64,000 bases of DNA from Planctomycetota bacterium (GTDB lineage: Bacteria > Planctomycetota > JAJSAM01 > JAJVHW01). The position numbers and the translations under genes were made by a program. The notes under the pieces were generated by a model that made no database searches, was not told the origin of the DNA, and was given only the letters and a program-made list of their open reading frames with translations. The stretch spans positions 704,001-768,000 of the forward strand of contig CBDFJG010000002.1 in NCBI GenBank assembly GCA_965248445.1, given 5' to 3'. This document shows positions 48,985-59,502 of the stretch, one piece after another. Position 1 is the stretch's first letter. Every line of letters begins with the position of its first letter.

Positions 48985-50072
48985 GCAAAGCGCCGACGTT
49001 CGTCATCGCTGAGGCCGGTGTCAACCACAACGGCGACCGCGACATCGCGTTCAAGCTCGTCGAGGTGGCGGTGGCCGCCGGCGCGGACGCGGTGAAGTTC
49101 CAGACGTTCAAGGCGGACCGGCTGGCGTCGCGACGCGCGCCGAAAGCCGCGTACCAGGAGGAGACGACCGGCACCGCGGAGACGCAACTGGAGATGCTCC
49201 GGCGACTCGAGCTGTCGCACGCGATGCACCTGGCGCTCCGCGACCACTGCAACGACCTCGGTATCGAGTTCATGTCGACGCCGTTCGATGAGGCGAGCGC
49301 CGACTTCCTGGCGAACGACGTCGGCGTGCGTCGTCTGAAGATCCCCTCCGGCGAGATCACGAACGGCCCTTTCCTGCTGCACGTCGCGCGCCTGGGACTG
49401 CCGCTCATCATGTCGACGGGGATGTCCACCCTGTACGAGGTGCGCGAAGCGCTCGGCGTCATCGCCTTCGGTTCGTCGGGCTCCGCGGACACGCCGTCCC
49501 GGGAGGCGTTCGCCGCCGCACTCGCGTTGCCGACCGACCTCTCGGACCGCGTGACGCTCCTCCACTGCACGACCCAGTACCCCACTCCCCACGAAGACGT
49601 GAACCTGCGTGCGATGGACACGCTTCGCGATGCGTTCGGCGTACCCGTCGGGTTCAGCGACCACACGCCCGGCATCAGCGCGCCCCTGGCCGCCGTCGCC
49701 CGCCGCGCGGTCGTCGTCGAGAAGCACTTCACGCTGGGCCGGGAGATGCCGGGTCCGGATCACCGTGCATCCCTCGAGCCGGATGAGCTCGAGGCGATGG
49801 TGCGCGGCATACGCGAGGTAGAGGCCGCTCTCGGAAGCCGCGAGAAGGCGCCCGCGCCGTCGGAGCAGGCCAACATCGAGATCGCCCGGAAGAGCGTGAT
49901 CGCGGCACGCCACATCGCCGCTGGCGAGACGCTCGACGGGGCGGCCCTCACGACAAAGCGGCCCGCCACGGGAGCGAGCCCCATGACCTGGTGGTCGCTG
50001 CTCGGGACCGAGGCGACGCGCGACTACGAGGCCGACGAGCCGATCGATCCTCCGGCAGACGACGGGGCCTAG
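48981..50072 (+). CDS. neuB: nonulosonate synthase (NeuB/LegI)
   Basis: IAEAGVNHNG, KFQTF, SDHT, EKHFTL, GPDH, SAF domain. Confidence 0.93.
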   Translation: MSKAPTFVIAEAGVNHNGDRDIAFKLVEVAVAAGADAVKFQTFKADRLASRRAPKAAYQEETTGTAETQLEMLRRLELSHAMHLALRDHCNDLGIEFMSTPFDEASADFLANDVGVRRLKIPSGEITNGPFLLHVARLGLPLIMSTGMSTLYEVREALGVIAFGSSGSADTPSREAFAAALALPTDLSDRVTLLHCTTQYPTPHEDVNLRAMDTLRDAFGVPVGFSDHTPGISAPLAAVARRAVVVEKHFTLGREMPGPDHRASLEPDELEAMVRGIREVEAALGSREKAPAPSEQANIEIARKSVIAARHIAAGETLDGAALTTKRPATGASPMTWWSLLGTEATRDYEADEPIDPPADDGA

Positions 50073-50839
50073 GAGCCGTCCCGCGAGTCGGGCAGCCCGT
50101 TCAGGATCTCGGGAGTCACCACCGTGTACTCCGAGTCGCCGTGCTTCACGACGGCGCCCCCGAACGGCGGATACCAGAACGCGCGCGCCTTGCGCGCAAC
50201 CAGCGCCGCTGGATCATCGGGGCCGACGGTCCGCATGCGCTCGAACTCGTCCCGCGAGACGTAGCGACCCTCTCCCTGGGGAGTGCGCGGAAGTTCGTCG
50301 CCGCGAACGAGTGCGTCCACCACGTCGCGGAACAACGCGAGCAGGCGCGGGCGCGTCCTCGCTGCAAGTGACGCCGCGGTCTCGTTCTGCGCGTCGATCG
50401 GGAACCGGCGCACCTCCACGAGGTCGCCCTCGTCGATCGCGGGCGCCACGTGGTGCGCAGACACACCGAACTCGTCGAAGCCCTCGAGGATCGCGACGTT
50501 GAAACCGCCGAGTCCGCGCAGTTCCGGCAGCGGTGCCGGGTGGAAGTTCAGGCACGCCGTGCGGGCGAGCGCGATCACCGCCGGCGGAATGCGACGGCGA
50601 TACAGGTAGGAGAGCACCAGATCGACGCTCCCCGGCGCCTGGCCGGCAAGCGCGCTCAGCGTGGCCCCCACCACGCCGTGCGTGGCCGCGTGCGCCGCAA
50701 GCGAGCCGCCCTCCCCGGTTTGAGATTGCGGGGGTCCCACCACACCCGTGACCCGTACACCGGCCGCCAGAAGGTGGTCGAGCGCGAGCCTGGAGTTGGC
50801 GCTGTCCTTGCCGAGGAGGACCGCTGTGAGAGGGGGCAT
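50069..50839 (-). CDS. formyltransferase
   Basis: NFHPAPLP..RG, GVSAH, IDEGD. Confidence 0.85.
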   Translation of the reverse strand: MPPLTAVLLGKDSANSRLALDHLLAAGVRVTGVVGPPQSQTGEGGSLAAHAATHGVVGATLSALAGQAPGSVDLVLSYLYRRRIPPAVIALARTACLNFHPAPLPELRGLGGFNVAILEGFDEFGVSAHHVAPAIDEGDLVEVRRFPIDAQNETAASLAARTRPRLLALFRDVVDALVRGDELPRTPQGEGRYVSRDEFERMRTVGPDDPAALVARKARAFWYPPFGGAVVKHGDSEYTVVTPEILNGLPDSRDGS

Positions 50840-50930
50840 CGGCGGAGTCTACCGGGATGGACTTTGCCCCCGGGCAGCAGCGCCGCGGTAGGCTGCCGGG
50901 CTCGCTCGGCAGCCCGGGCGGAATTCGCCC

Positions 50931-52007
50931 ATGACACCCCTCGGACCGACCCGTGGACCCGCTCTCGAGCGGATCACCGTGAGCCCCCATGCGAGCCTCG
51001 CGGACACCGTCGCATGCATCGATGCGGGCGCGGCGCAGGTGGCGCTCGTCGTGGACACCGACGGCCGGCTCGTGGGCACGGTCACCGACGGGGACGTGCG
51101 TCGCGGCATCCTGGCGGGCGTGACCCTGGACACGCCGATCGAGAACGTCATGAACCGACGGCCGGTCACCGCACCCGAGGCAACGCCGGGCAGCGACGTG
51201 CTCGCCACCATGCGGCGCCGCCGCATCCACCAGATCCCACTCGTGGACGACGCCGGGCGTCTCGTGGGCCTGCGGATCATCGACGACCTGCTGGAGCGTA
51301 CGCCTCGGCACAATCGAGTCGTGATCTTGGCGGGCGGGCGCGGCACGCGACTGATGCCTCTGACCAACGAAGTGCCCAAGCCCCTCCTGCCGGTCGGGGA
51401 CCGCCCCATCGTCGAGCGCATCATCGAGACCTGCCGCGACGCGGGGTTCCAACGCGTGACTCTGGCTCTCAACTACCGTGCAGACCTGTTCCGCGACCAC
51501 TTCGGGGACGGATCCCGGCTGGGGATCGACGTCGACTACCTGGTGGAGGACGAGCCACGGGGGACCGCCGGCGCGCTCTCGCTCCTGGACGATCTGCCCG
51601 ATCAGCCGATCCTGGTCATGAACGGGGACGTGCTGACCTCGCTCAGCTTCTCGCACCTGTTCGACTACCACACCGACCACGGCGCGGACGCCACGATGTG
51701 CGTGCGCGAGTACGAGCATATCGTCCCCTTCGGCGTCGTTTCCGTGGACGGACACGAGCTCACCGGTCTCGACGAGAAGCCCTCGCTGCGGTTCTTCGTC
51801 AACGCCGGCATCTACGTGATCGCGCCGTCGGTCCTGAAGCTCGTTCCGCGATCCGGGCGGTACGACATGCCGGAGCTGTTCGCGAAGCTGCGCGCAGACG
51901 GACGTCCGACGTCCGCCTTCCCGATCCGCGAGTACTGGCTGGACGTGGGCCGGCACCCGGACCTGGAGCGCGCGCGCGCCGACGCGAACGACGTGTTCGG
52001 GAAGTAG
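50931..52007 (+). CDS. CBS-domain sugar-phosphate nucleotidyltransferase (PtmE/LegX-like)
   Basis: TDGDVRR CBS pair; LAGGRGTRL.PLT...PKP; NGD; YWLDVG. Confidence 0.9.
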   Translation: MTPLGPTRGPALERITVSPHASLADTVACIDAGAAQVALVVDTDGRLVGTVTDGDVRRGILAGVTLDTPIENVMNRRPVTAPEATPGSDVLATMRRRRIHQIPLVDDAGRLVGLRIIDDLLERTPRHNRVVILAGGRGTRLMPLTNEVPKPLLPVGDRPIVERIIETCRDAGFQRVTLALNYRADLFRDHFGDGSRLGIDVDYLVEDEPRGTAGALSLLDDLPDQPILVMNGDVLTSLSFSHLFDYHTDHGADATMCVREYEHIVPFGVVSVDGHELTGLDEKPSLRFFVNAGIYVIAPSVLKLVPRSGRYDMPELFAKLRADGRPTSAFPIREYWLDVGRHPDLERARADANDVFGK

Positions 52008-52013
52008 CCTCCC

Positions 52014-53471
52014 GTGACTCCCGCGCGCCCCACGGTCGTGTTCCTGCCGGGCCAAGCGGCGGCACTCGGACAGCAAATGCGCGTGGCCCGCGCGATGGCC
52101 GCGGCGAACGAGATGCGCCCCGTGGTGCTGCTCTCGAAGCCCTGGCCGAACGAGCCCGAAGACGGCGCAGACGGCGTGCGCGTCGTCCGCCTGCACGCCG
52201 GCGGCGCGCCGGGACGAGCTGGGCGTGAGAATCACGAGTCGGCGACCGCTGCCGGGACCCGCTCGTGGCTCGGATGGCTCACGAAGGAGACCCTGCCGGC
52301 CGTTCGCTGGCGCGCACGGGGTCGCGCAGCGGCGCTCCGCGCTGTCGCGGCACAGATGGCGGAACGGCTTGCGACGGAGGGAGCCGCAGCGCTCGTCGTC
52401 TCCAGCGATCGGCGGTCAGGGCCGGTGCTCGCAACATTGCGTGCCGCACGCGACCGAGGCATCCGCTCGGTACTCGTCCCGTACGCGTACTCCCACCCGG
52501 TCGGGTCGGCGACGATCCGCATGGACCGGCCCATCCACAACGTGGACGGTCCGCCGCTGCGATCCGCGAAGCGCTACGTCGCCGACCGCTTCCCGCGCCA
52601 GGTCTACGAGAGCACCGGACGGCGCCTGCTGTTCTACGGGCCGCTCGGAACGTTGGCGCTCCACGCCGCGGGTCAACTGCCGCAGAGTCCCTGGTGGGCC
52701 GGAGGCGGCATGACCGACCGCGTGTGTGTGTTCTCCGAGGCGGTTGCCGACGAGCGCGTCGCAGCCGGGATCGCCCGCGAGCGCATCGTGATCACCGGTG
52801 ACGTGGCGCTCGACGAGTTGCACGCTGCGCAACGCGCGCGCGACGACATCCGAGCCGGGATCGCCCGTGACCACGGCTTGGATCTCGACCGACCGCTCGT
52901 CGTGTTCGCGGTACCGCAGATGGCCGAGCAGGGCATCGTGCCTTGGCCGAGACATCGCAAGGCGATCGGGGATCTCGCGCGGCAGACCGCGGACGCCAAC
53001 GCATCGGTAGCCGTCTCTCTGCACCCCAAGTCACGACGCGAGGACTATGCGTTCCTCGACGACGTGCCGAACCTGCGCATCCTCGATATTCCGCTCTCAC
53101 GCGCGATGGCCGCGGCAGACGTCTCGGTCGCCGGCCGCTCGTCGACGGTCCTCTGGAGCATCGCACTCGGAGTGCCGTCCATCGTCGTCGACTTCGGCTG
53201 GTTCGGACACGACACGTGGGATGACACCGACGGAGTCCTCGTCGCGACAGACGAAGAGGCGTTCGAGGAGCATCTGCGCGGCGTCCTCGGAGATCCCACC
53301 GTGCGCGAGGAGTGCCGGCGGGGGCTCGCCCGCGAGGCCGGACGGCTCACGCGCTTCGACGGCCGGGCCACCGAACGCACGCTCGCGGTGATCGCCGAGG
53401 CCGCCGCACAGACTTTCCGAGCCCCCACCGGCGCCGCTAGCGTTCCGGGGATGACGCGGGACATGCCATGA
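52014..53471 (+). CDS. putative GT-B glycosyltransferase (candidate nonulosonate transferase)
   Basis: TG, LHPK, SSTV...ALGVP, DGRATER motifs; position in locus. Confidence 0.55.
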   Translation: MTPARPTVVFLPGQAAALGQQMRVARAMAAANEMRPVVLLSKPWPNEPEDGADGVRVVRLHAGGAPGRAGRENHESATAAGTRSWLGWLTKETLPAVRWRARGRAAALRAVAAQMAERLATEGAAALVVSSDRRSGPVLATLRAARDRGIRSVLVPYAYSHPVGSATIRMDRPIHNVDGPPLRSAKRYVADRFPRQVYESTGRRLLFYGPLGTLALHAAGQLPQSPWWAGGGMTDRVCVFSEAVADERVAAGIARERIVITGDVALDELHAAQRARDDIRAGIARDHGLDLDRPLVVFAVPQMAEQGIVPWPRHRKAIGDLARQTADANASVAVSLHPKSRREDYAFLDDVPNLRILDIPLSRAMAAADVSVAGRSSTVLWSIALGVPSIVVDFGWFGHDTWDDTDGVLVATDEEAFEEHLRGVLGDPTVREECRRGLAREAGRLTRFDGRATERTLAVIAEAAAQTFRAPTGAASVPGMTRDMP

Positions 53472-54448
53472 CACTCGACACGGCAACGGCCGGCGTCTCC
53501 GTCATGTACCACTACGTGCGTGCCGACGGCAGCGACGTCCCGCGCGGGATCCGCCCGTTCATGACGAGCGAGTTCGAGGCGCAACTCGACTGGCTGGCCG
53601 AGCGCTGGGACATCGTCGGCGCGGACGAGTTCTCGGCCTGGCTCGCCGGGGACACGAAACGCGCCCGCCCGCCGTGCCTGCTCACCTTCGACGACGGTGT
53701 GCGCGACCAGCACGAGGTCATCCTCCCGATCCTGCGCCGCCGCGGACTCTCGGGCGTGTTCTTCGTGCTGAACTGGCCGCTGCGCGACGGTCGCATGCCG
53801 CTGACTCATCTGATGCACTGGGTGCTCGGTCACGACGAGGAGACAGTCTGGGCGACGTTCGTGGATCATGCGGAGCGCCACTTGGGCGGACGCGGGGTGC
53901 TCGGCGACGACGCCGCCGTTCAGACGGTCTATCCACTGGACTCGCTCGTGCGCGCCCGCATCAAGTACGCGGCGAACATCGCCCTGGCACCCGAGGTCGT
54001 GGAGCAGATCGTCGCGGGCACGCTGGCGGCCGAGGGACTCACTGCCGACGCGCTCACGCGCGAGTGGTTCGCCACCGCGGACGACGTGCGCGCGCTCCAC
54101 GAAGCGGGGATGACGATCGGCATGCACGGCGCGTCCCATCGCAGCCTGCAGCAGCTCGGTCCGGACGCCATCCGGGCGGAGATCGCCGACAATCATGCGT
54201 ACCTCGCCGATCTGCTCGGTGAGCCGCCCACATGGTGGGCCTGTCCGTTCGGCGGCGTGAGCGCATCGCCGGACCTCGTGAGCACGATGTACGGCGCCCT
54301 GGCGAGGCACGGCATCGGGTCGGCGATGACCATCGAGAAGGGCCTCATCACACCCGGAAGCGATCGTATGGCGATCCCGCGCTTCGATGCGATCGACCTG
54401 CCGCCGCGGCGCGACTACGATCCCCGAACCACTGGAGACGCGAGATGA
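53468..54448 (+). CDS. polysaccharide deacetylase family protein
   Basis: MYHYVR, LTFDDG, IGMHGASH, PFG. Confidence 0.88.
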   Translation: MTLDTATAGVSVMYHYVRADGSDVPRGIRPFMTSEFEAQLDWLAERWDIVGADEFSAWLAGDTKRARPPCLLTFDDGVRDQHEVILPILRRRGLSGVFFVLNWPLRDGRMPLTHLMHWVLGHDEETVWATFVDHAERHLGGRGVLGDDAAVQTVYPLDSLVRARIKYAANIALAPEVVEQIVAGTLAAEGLTADALTREWFATADDVRALHEAGMTIGMHGASHRSLQQLGPDAIRAEIADNHAYLADLLGEPPTWWACPFGGVSASPDLVSTMYGALARHGIGSAMTIEKGLITPGSDRMAIPRFDAIDLPPRRDYDPRTTGDAR

Positions 54449-55356
54449 GCGGGCACCTGGATCGTGTGCGCGACCACTTTCACGACATCGCCGGACGCTA
54501 CGCCGGGCTGTTCGACGATGCCGCCGGTGCGGTCGACTACCCGAGCGGCCCCGCGCGCATGCGCACGGCGATCGAGACGCTGGAGAGACACCTGCCCGCC
54601 GGACGTGTGCTCGATCTGGGCTGCGGCACCGGACACACCGCGTTGGCGCTCTGCGAACTCGGCTACGACGTCATCGGTGTGGACATCGCAGACGGCATGG
54701 TCGAGACCTCTCGCGCTCTGCTCGACGAGTCGCCACACGCGGACCGAGCGGAGTTCCGCGTCGCCGACGCCGAGTCGCTCCCGCTCGACGCAAGCAGCGT
54801 GGACGCCGTGCTCGCGCTGGGCGTCACCGAGTGGCTCGAGGGCGATGCGGGGATAGCGGCCGAGGCGGCGCGGGTTCTGCGGCCGGGCGGCGTAGCGGTC
54901 GTCTCGTTCCGCAACCGGCTGTTCAACCTGTTCAGCATGAACGACTACACGAGTGCCGAGATCGACGACGGCGAGATCGCGCGGCTGGTGACGGAGTGCC
55001 GCGCGGAGTTCGCACGCGGAATGAACGCCGGCGCCGGGGACGAGGCGGCGGGAGCGCTGCACGAAGCGACCGCGCGACTCGCGACGCCGTCTTCCGGCAA
55101 GCGCGTCGATCCGCTCCCCCGCCGCCCCGTCGATCTGCGCCAACACACTCCCTCCGAAGCCGCGACCGCATACGCCGTGGGCGGGCTGGTGCACGAGGAG
55201 ACGGTGTTCACGCACTTCCACCCGTTCCCGCCGTCGTTCGAGTCTGCGAACCCGCGCGCGTTCAACCACCTGGCGCTCGCGATGGAGAGCCTCGCGCGCA
55301 CACCCGTCGGCGCACTGATGGCGTCGGGCTTCCTGACCGTCCTGCGCAAGCCGTAG
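54445..55356 (+). CDS. class I SAM methyltransferase
   Basis: VLDLGCGTG, DAESLP, RVLRPGG. Confidence 0.88.
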   Translation: MSGHLDRVRDHFHDIAGRYAGLFDDAAGAVDYPSGPARMRTAIETLERHLPAGRVLDLGCGTGHTALALCELGYDVIGVDIADGMVETSRALLDESPHADRAEFRVADAESLPLDASSVDAVLALGVTEWLEGDAGIAAEAARVLRPGGVAVVSFRNRLFNLFSMNDYTSAEIDDGEIARLVTECRAEFARGMNAGAGDEAAGALHEATARLATPSSGKRVDPLPRRPVDLRQHTPSEAATAYAVGGLVHEETVFTHFHPFPPSFESANPRAFNHLALAMESLARTPVGALMASGFLTVLRKP

Positions 55357-55401
55357 CCTCGTCGGACGACGCCGCGGGCGCCGACTCCTGGAGGACGCGG
55401 A

Positions 55402-55881
55402 ATGACACAGCGGGCGCCGTTCCAGATCCTCGTCATGCCGTTCAAGCTGCGCGACGGCGCTGACCCGGAGTTCGCGGCGCTCAGGCGACGCGATCTCGGT
55501 GTTTGGCAGGGCTTCGCTGGCGGAGGAGAGTCCGGAGAGTCCCCCGATCAGGCGGCCAGGCGTGAGACCCACGAGGAAGGCGGGCTGCCGCGCACGATGC
55601 GGATCTACGCGCTGGACGCGCACGCCACGATCCCGACCAGCCACTTCTCCGCCGCGGCGAAGTGGGGTCCGGAGGTGTTCGTCATCTTGGAACACGCCTT
55701 CGCGGTGGACTGCACTGCCGCGACGATCCGTCTCTCGAGCGAGCACACCGCGATCCGCTGGGGCGACTACTCCACCATCCACGCGCTCCTGGAATGGGAT
55801 TCGAACCGCACCGCGCTGTGGGAGCTGTCGGAACGTCTGCGCAACGACCAACTCGCAGGCCGCCTGATTCCCGCCGGCTAG
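55402..55881 (+). CDS. NUDIX hydrolase (NudB-like)
   Basis: WQ..AGGGE.GESP.QAARRE..EE; LSSEH. Confidence 0.85.
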   Translation: MTQRAPFQILVMPFKLRDGADPEFAALRRRDLGVWQGFAGGGESGESPDQAARRETHEEGGLPRTMRIYALDAHATIPTSHFSAAAKWGPEVFVILEHAFAVDCTAATIRLSSEHTAIRWGDYSTIHALLEWDSNRTALWELSERLRNDQLAGRLIPAG

Positions 55882-56990
55882 CGGGGCCGGCGAGCGACGA
55901 CGAGGGAGAACGCCGGACGGCCGGTGGCCGGTCGCGTCGCCTCGTGCTGCACGTACGCGCGGACGAACTCCACGATCGCCGGTTTCGCGGCCCCGAGCGT
56001 CCCGCCGTCGCGCAGCGCGGCGCGCAGCTTCACCGTCCAGGGGAACAGCGGGCGCCACCCGACGTCCCAGAACCGCATGTGCGACTCGTCGAGCGTCGTC
56101 TCGTGGGCGACCGGTTCGAGCCCGGCCTCGGCGAGAAGCCCGCGCCACGTCCCCTCGTCGCGCGGCACCCAGGAGGACCGCCCGCGGTCCATCGCGCGGA
56201 ATCGGTCCGCGTCCGCCGTGTCGCCGCGAGCCAGTGCCGCGTCGGCACGGCCGTGATAGACCAGCGCGTCGCGAAACGCTTCGTCGGGGCTGACGATCAG
56301 GCCGTGGCCGCCCGGGCGCAGCACTCGGTGCATCTCGCGCAGAGCTTCACACAGCCCGTCAGGCGGGAGGTCGTCGAACATGTTCGTGACAGCCGACGCC
56401 ACGCTCCCGTCGGCGAGCGGCAGCCGCCGCACGTCCGCGTGATGCACTGCGTCGTACACGCCCAGCTCGCGTGACCGCTCGACCATGCTCTCGCGGAGAT
56501 CCACGCCGATCCCGATCTTGCGCGGCGGCGTCGCGATGCGCGGCCCGCTCCCGGTCTCGTGGACGTCGTACGCGTCCGCCCGAGTGAGATCGATCGCACC
56601 GTAGCTATCGTCCGCGACGTGGAAGCGTCCACCGAACAGCATGGTCGTGAACGCGCCCGTCCCGCAGCCCAGATCGACGGACGGATGCACCAGCACCTCG
56701 GCGTGCCGTTGGAGTGCCCGGATGTTCCGGTAGTTGAAGATCACCGACTCAGGGCGCAGCCAGTCCATCGCCACGCAGGCCCCGAGCAGATCGTCGCGGA
56801 GATCGTCGGCGGGGTCCGACGTCCCGCCGCGCATGCCGGCAGAGAGCTCGCCGAGATCCTCGATGTAGAGAGACAGGTCATCCGGACCGAAGTCCGCGAG
56901 CGGCCGCACGTTGACCGGATAGCGGCAGTTCGGGCACATCAGCGCGTCGCCGACGTGCGCGTCACACAGCGGGCACCCGCCCTCCGACAT
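55878..56990 (-). CDS. class I SAM methyltransferase with N-terminal zinc ribbon
   Basis: CPLC...CPNC; DLGCGTG; EMHRVLRPGG. Confidence 0.82.
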   Translation of the reverse strand: MSEGGCPLCDAHVGDALMCPNCRYPVNVRPLADFGPDDLSLYIEDLGELSAGMRGGTSDPADDLRDDLLGACVAMDWLRPESVIFNYRNIRALQRHAEVLVHPSVDLGCGTGAFTTMLFGGRFHVADDSYGAIDLTRADAYDVHETGSGPRIATPPRKIGIGVDLRESMVERSRELGVYDAVHHADVRRLPLADGSVASAVTNMFDDLPPDGLCEALREMHRVLRPGGHGLIVSPDEAFRDALVYHGRADAALARGDTADADRFRAMDRGRSSWVPRDEGTWRGLLAEAGLEPVAHETTLDESHMRFWDVGWRPLFPWTVKLRAALRDGGTLGAAKPAIVEFVRAYVQHEATRPATGRPAFSLVVARRPR

Positions 56991-57132
56991 TCGGTCTCCT
57001 CTCCGCTTTTCGGGCCGCCGAGGAGTCTCACACCCCCCGCGAACGCGGTCCACCAAATGGCGCTGAATCGACTCCGGCGGCGCGGGTACCCTTGCACACC
57101 CGCTGCGGAGGGCCGCGGCGGGCTGTGGTGCT

Positions 57133-58161
57133 GTGGAGACGGATGTGATCCTCGAGCCGGTTCGTTATCAGCGCTTCGTCCTGCTCGGCGGCGGGCGGCC
57201 GCTGCTTGCGTTCGCTGAGGGAGCGATCGCCCAGGGCCGCGCAGTACAGGTGATCTCGTCTCCGGCGCAGCTCGCAGCGGAGTTCGCTCACGGCACGCTC
57301 GAGTCGGAGCTCACGGACCGCAACATCCCGTTCGAATCCCGCGTCGATCTGCCCCCGCAGCGTCTCGTCAAGCACGTCGACAACGAGACGCTGGGGCTGT
57401 CGGTGTCGTCACCTTGGATCTTCCGCCGGGAGCACATCGACGTGTTCCGCGGCGCGCTACTCAACCTGCACGGCGCGGCGCTTCCACGCCACCGCGGTGC
57501 GGGCGGCGACACATGGCAGATCCTGCAGGGGCGACAGAAGGGCGGCTTCACACTGCACGCCGTGAACGAGGGCATCGACACGGGGGCGATCATCCTGCAG
57601 GAGTTGTTCGACTACCCCTCCGCGTGTCGCACCCCGTCGGATCGCCAACGCTTCGCGATGTCTCGGGAGGCTGTCTTCGTACATCGCGTGATCGATGCGC
57701 TCTGCGGACGGGAGCCACTCCCCGCGCGGAAGCAGAACCACGACGAGAGCACGTACTGGCCGCGTCTGGACACGCGCGTGAACGGGTTCGTCGACTGGTC
57801 GTGGAGCGCCGGCGAGATCCGGACGTTCGTCGACGCGTTCGACAGTCCGTACGCCGGGGCCGGCACGTACCTCGGGGATCGGCTGATCCGCTTGAGCGGC
57901 TGCGAGAAAGCGGCGGAAGGGCCGTTCCACGCGTTCCAGGCGGGGCTCGTCTACCGGGCGAACGACGGGCGCATCCATGTGGCCGCCCGTGGAAGCGGCC
58001 TCTCTGTCGCCCGGGTGGTCGACGGCGAGACGGGTGAGCCGTTCCGCGGACTCAGGGTCGGGGACCGGCTGCACACGCCCCGGGCCGTCCTCGAGCAGGC
58101 GCTGACCTACCGGCCGCGATACACGGCGAACGGCATGCCGCCGCCGCCCGCGCTCGACTGA
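57133..58161 (+). CDS. formyltransferase (Fmt-like)
   Basis: NLHGAALP.HRG, IDTGAI, DWSW, PYAGA. Confidence 0.85.
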   Translation: METDVILEPVRYQRFVLLGGGRPLLAFAEGAIAQGRAVQVISSPAQLAAEFAHGTLESELTDRNIPFESRVDLPPQRLVKHVDNETLGLSVSSPWIFRREHIDVFRGALLNLHGAALPRHRGAGGDTWQILQGRQKGGFTLHAVNEGIDTGAIILQELFDYPSACRTPSDRQRFAMSREAVFVHRVIDALCGREPLPARKQNHDESTYWPRLDTRVNGFVDWSWSAGEIRTFVDAFDSPYAGAGTYLGDRLIRLSGCEKAAEGPFHAFQAGLVYRANDGRIHVAARGSGLSVARVVDGETGEPFRGLRVGDRLHTPRAVLEQALTYRPRYTANGMPPPPALD

Positions 58162-58176
58162 GCGCGCAGCCGCGCT

Positions 58177-59502
58177 TCAGGCGGGATCCTCGTTGTACTT
58201 CCGGAACACCGGACGCACGACCGGACCCTGAACGTACGCGTCCGGCCCATCCGTCAGCGCGCGCGCGTAGACGTCGAACGCCTTGCGAGCGGCCGCCACG
58301 GCGAGATCGATCTCCGCCTCGCCGTGTGCCCAGCTGATCGCGATGTACGGGATCAAGACGCGCTCCCGCGCCATCTCCTGCAGGAACAGGGTGCGGAACG
58401 CGGTGGACCGCTTGCGCTCCTGGTCCCGACAGAGGATCACGGGGCTCTGGTCGTAGCCGATCACCTCGACGAACCCCGCAATGCCCGCCTCCTGCGCCGC
58501 GGCGTGCATGCCGTCTTTGAGGCGCCGACCCAGCTTTGTGATGTGCCCGGGAACGTCGTTGTCGCGCACGAAGCGGATCGTGGCCAGCGCCGCCGCAAGG
58601 GCGTGGGTCTCTCCGCCGTGTGTCGCCGAGAGCAGGAACACGCGCTCGCGATCGTGGTGCAGGCCGCCGAGCTCCATGATCTCGCGCTTCCCGCAGAGCG
58701 CGGCGACGGAGAAGCCGTTCGCGACCGCCTTCCCGTAGGTGGCGAGGTCCGGCGTGACCCCGTAGAGCCCCTGTGCACCCTGCAGGTGGTAACGGAAGCC
58801 GCTGATCATCTCGTCGAACACGACCACCGCGCCGTGCTCGTGCGCGACGTCGATCACGCGCTGCAGGAAGTCGTCCTTCGGCTTGTCGAACGCGACGGGT
58901 TCGAGCATGACACACGCGATCTCGCCGGGATGCTCTGCGAACAGCCGCTCGAGCGACGCGATGTCGTTGTAGTCGAAGGTCAGGGTGAGCTCGCGGACGC
59001 GCTGCGGGATGCCGGAGTTCGTGACCGTGGCCCCGATCCACCAGTCATGGAAGCTGTAGAAGGGGTTCGCTCGGCAGGCCGCGACGAGCTCGCGTCCGGT
59101 GTATGCACGCGCCAGACGCGTCGCAGCCGACGTCGTGTCCGAACCGTTCTTCGCGAACTTCACCATCTCGGCGCAGGGCACGATCTCGGTGAGCAACTCG
59201 GCCAGTTCGCCTTCGATCGGAGCGGGTCGCGTGAAGTTGCTGCCCTTCACCAGCTCCGCGCGCACCGCGTCGAGCACCGGCTCGAATGCGTGTCCGAGGA
59301 TGACCGAACGCAGGCCCATAGCGAAGTCGAGCCACTTGCCGCCGTCCGGATCCCAGCACCACGCACCCTCGCCGCGCTCGATCAGAGTGGCGGCATTGGC
59401 GGGGAACTGGTCGTCGCCCTTGCTGTACGTGTGGCCGCCGGCCGGGATCAGGCGATCCGACCGCTCGTGCAGCCGTTCCATCTCGGAGCCACCCTCGCTC
59501 AT
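58177..59502 (-). CDS. class III PLP aminotransferase (GSA aminomutase-like, glycan-locus type)
   Basis: HTYSKGDDQFP, KNGSD, FDEMISGFR, GKAVANG. Confidence 0.88.
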   Translation of the reverse strand: MSEGGSEMERLHERSDRLIPAGGHTYSKGDDQFPANAATLIERGEGAWCWDPDGGKWLDFAMGLRSVILGHAFEPVLDAVRAELVKGSNFTRPAPIEGELAELLTEIVPCAEMVKFAKNGSDTTSAATRLARAYTGRELVAACRANPFYSFHDWWIGATVTNSGIPQRVRELTLTFDYNDIASLERLFAEHPGEIACVMLEPVAFDKPKDDFLQRVIDVAHEHGAVVVFDEMISGFRYHLQGAQGLYGVTPDLATYGKAVANGFSVAALCGKREIMELGGLHHDRERVFLLSATHGGETHALAAALATIRFVRDNDVPGHITKLGRRLKDGMHAAAQEAGIAGFVEVIGYDQSPVILCRDQERKRSTAFRTLFLQEMARERVLIPYIAISWAHGEAEIDLAVAAARKAFDVYARALTDGPDAYVQGPVVRPVFRKYNEDPA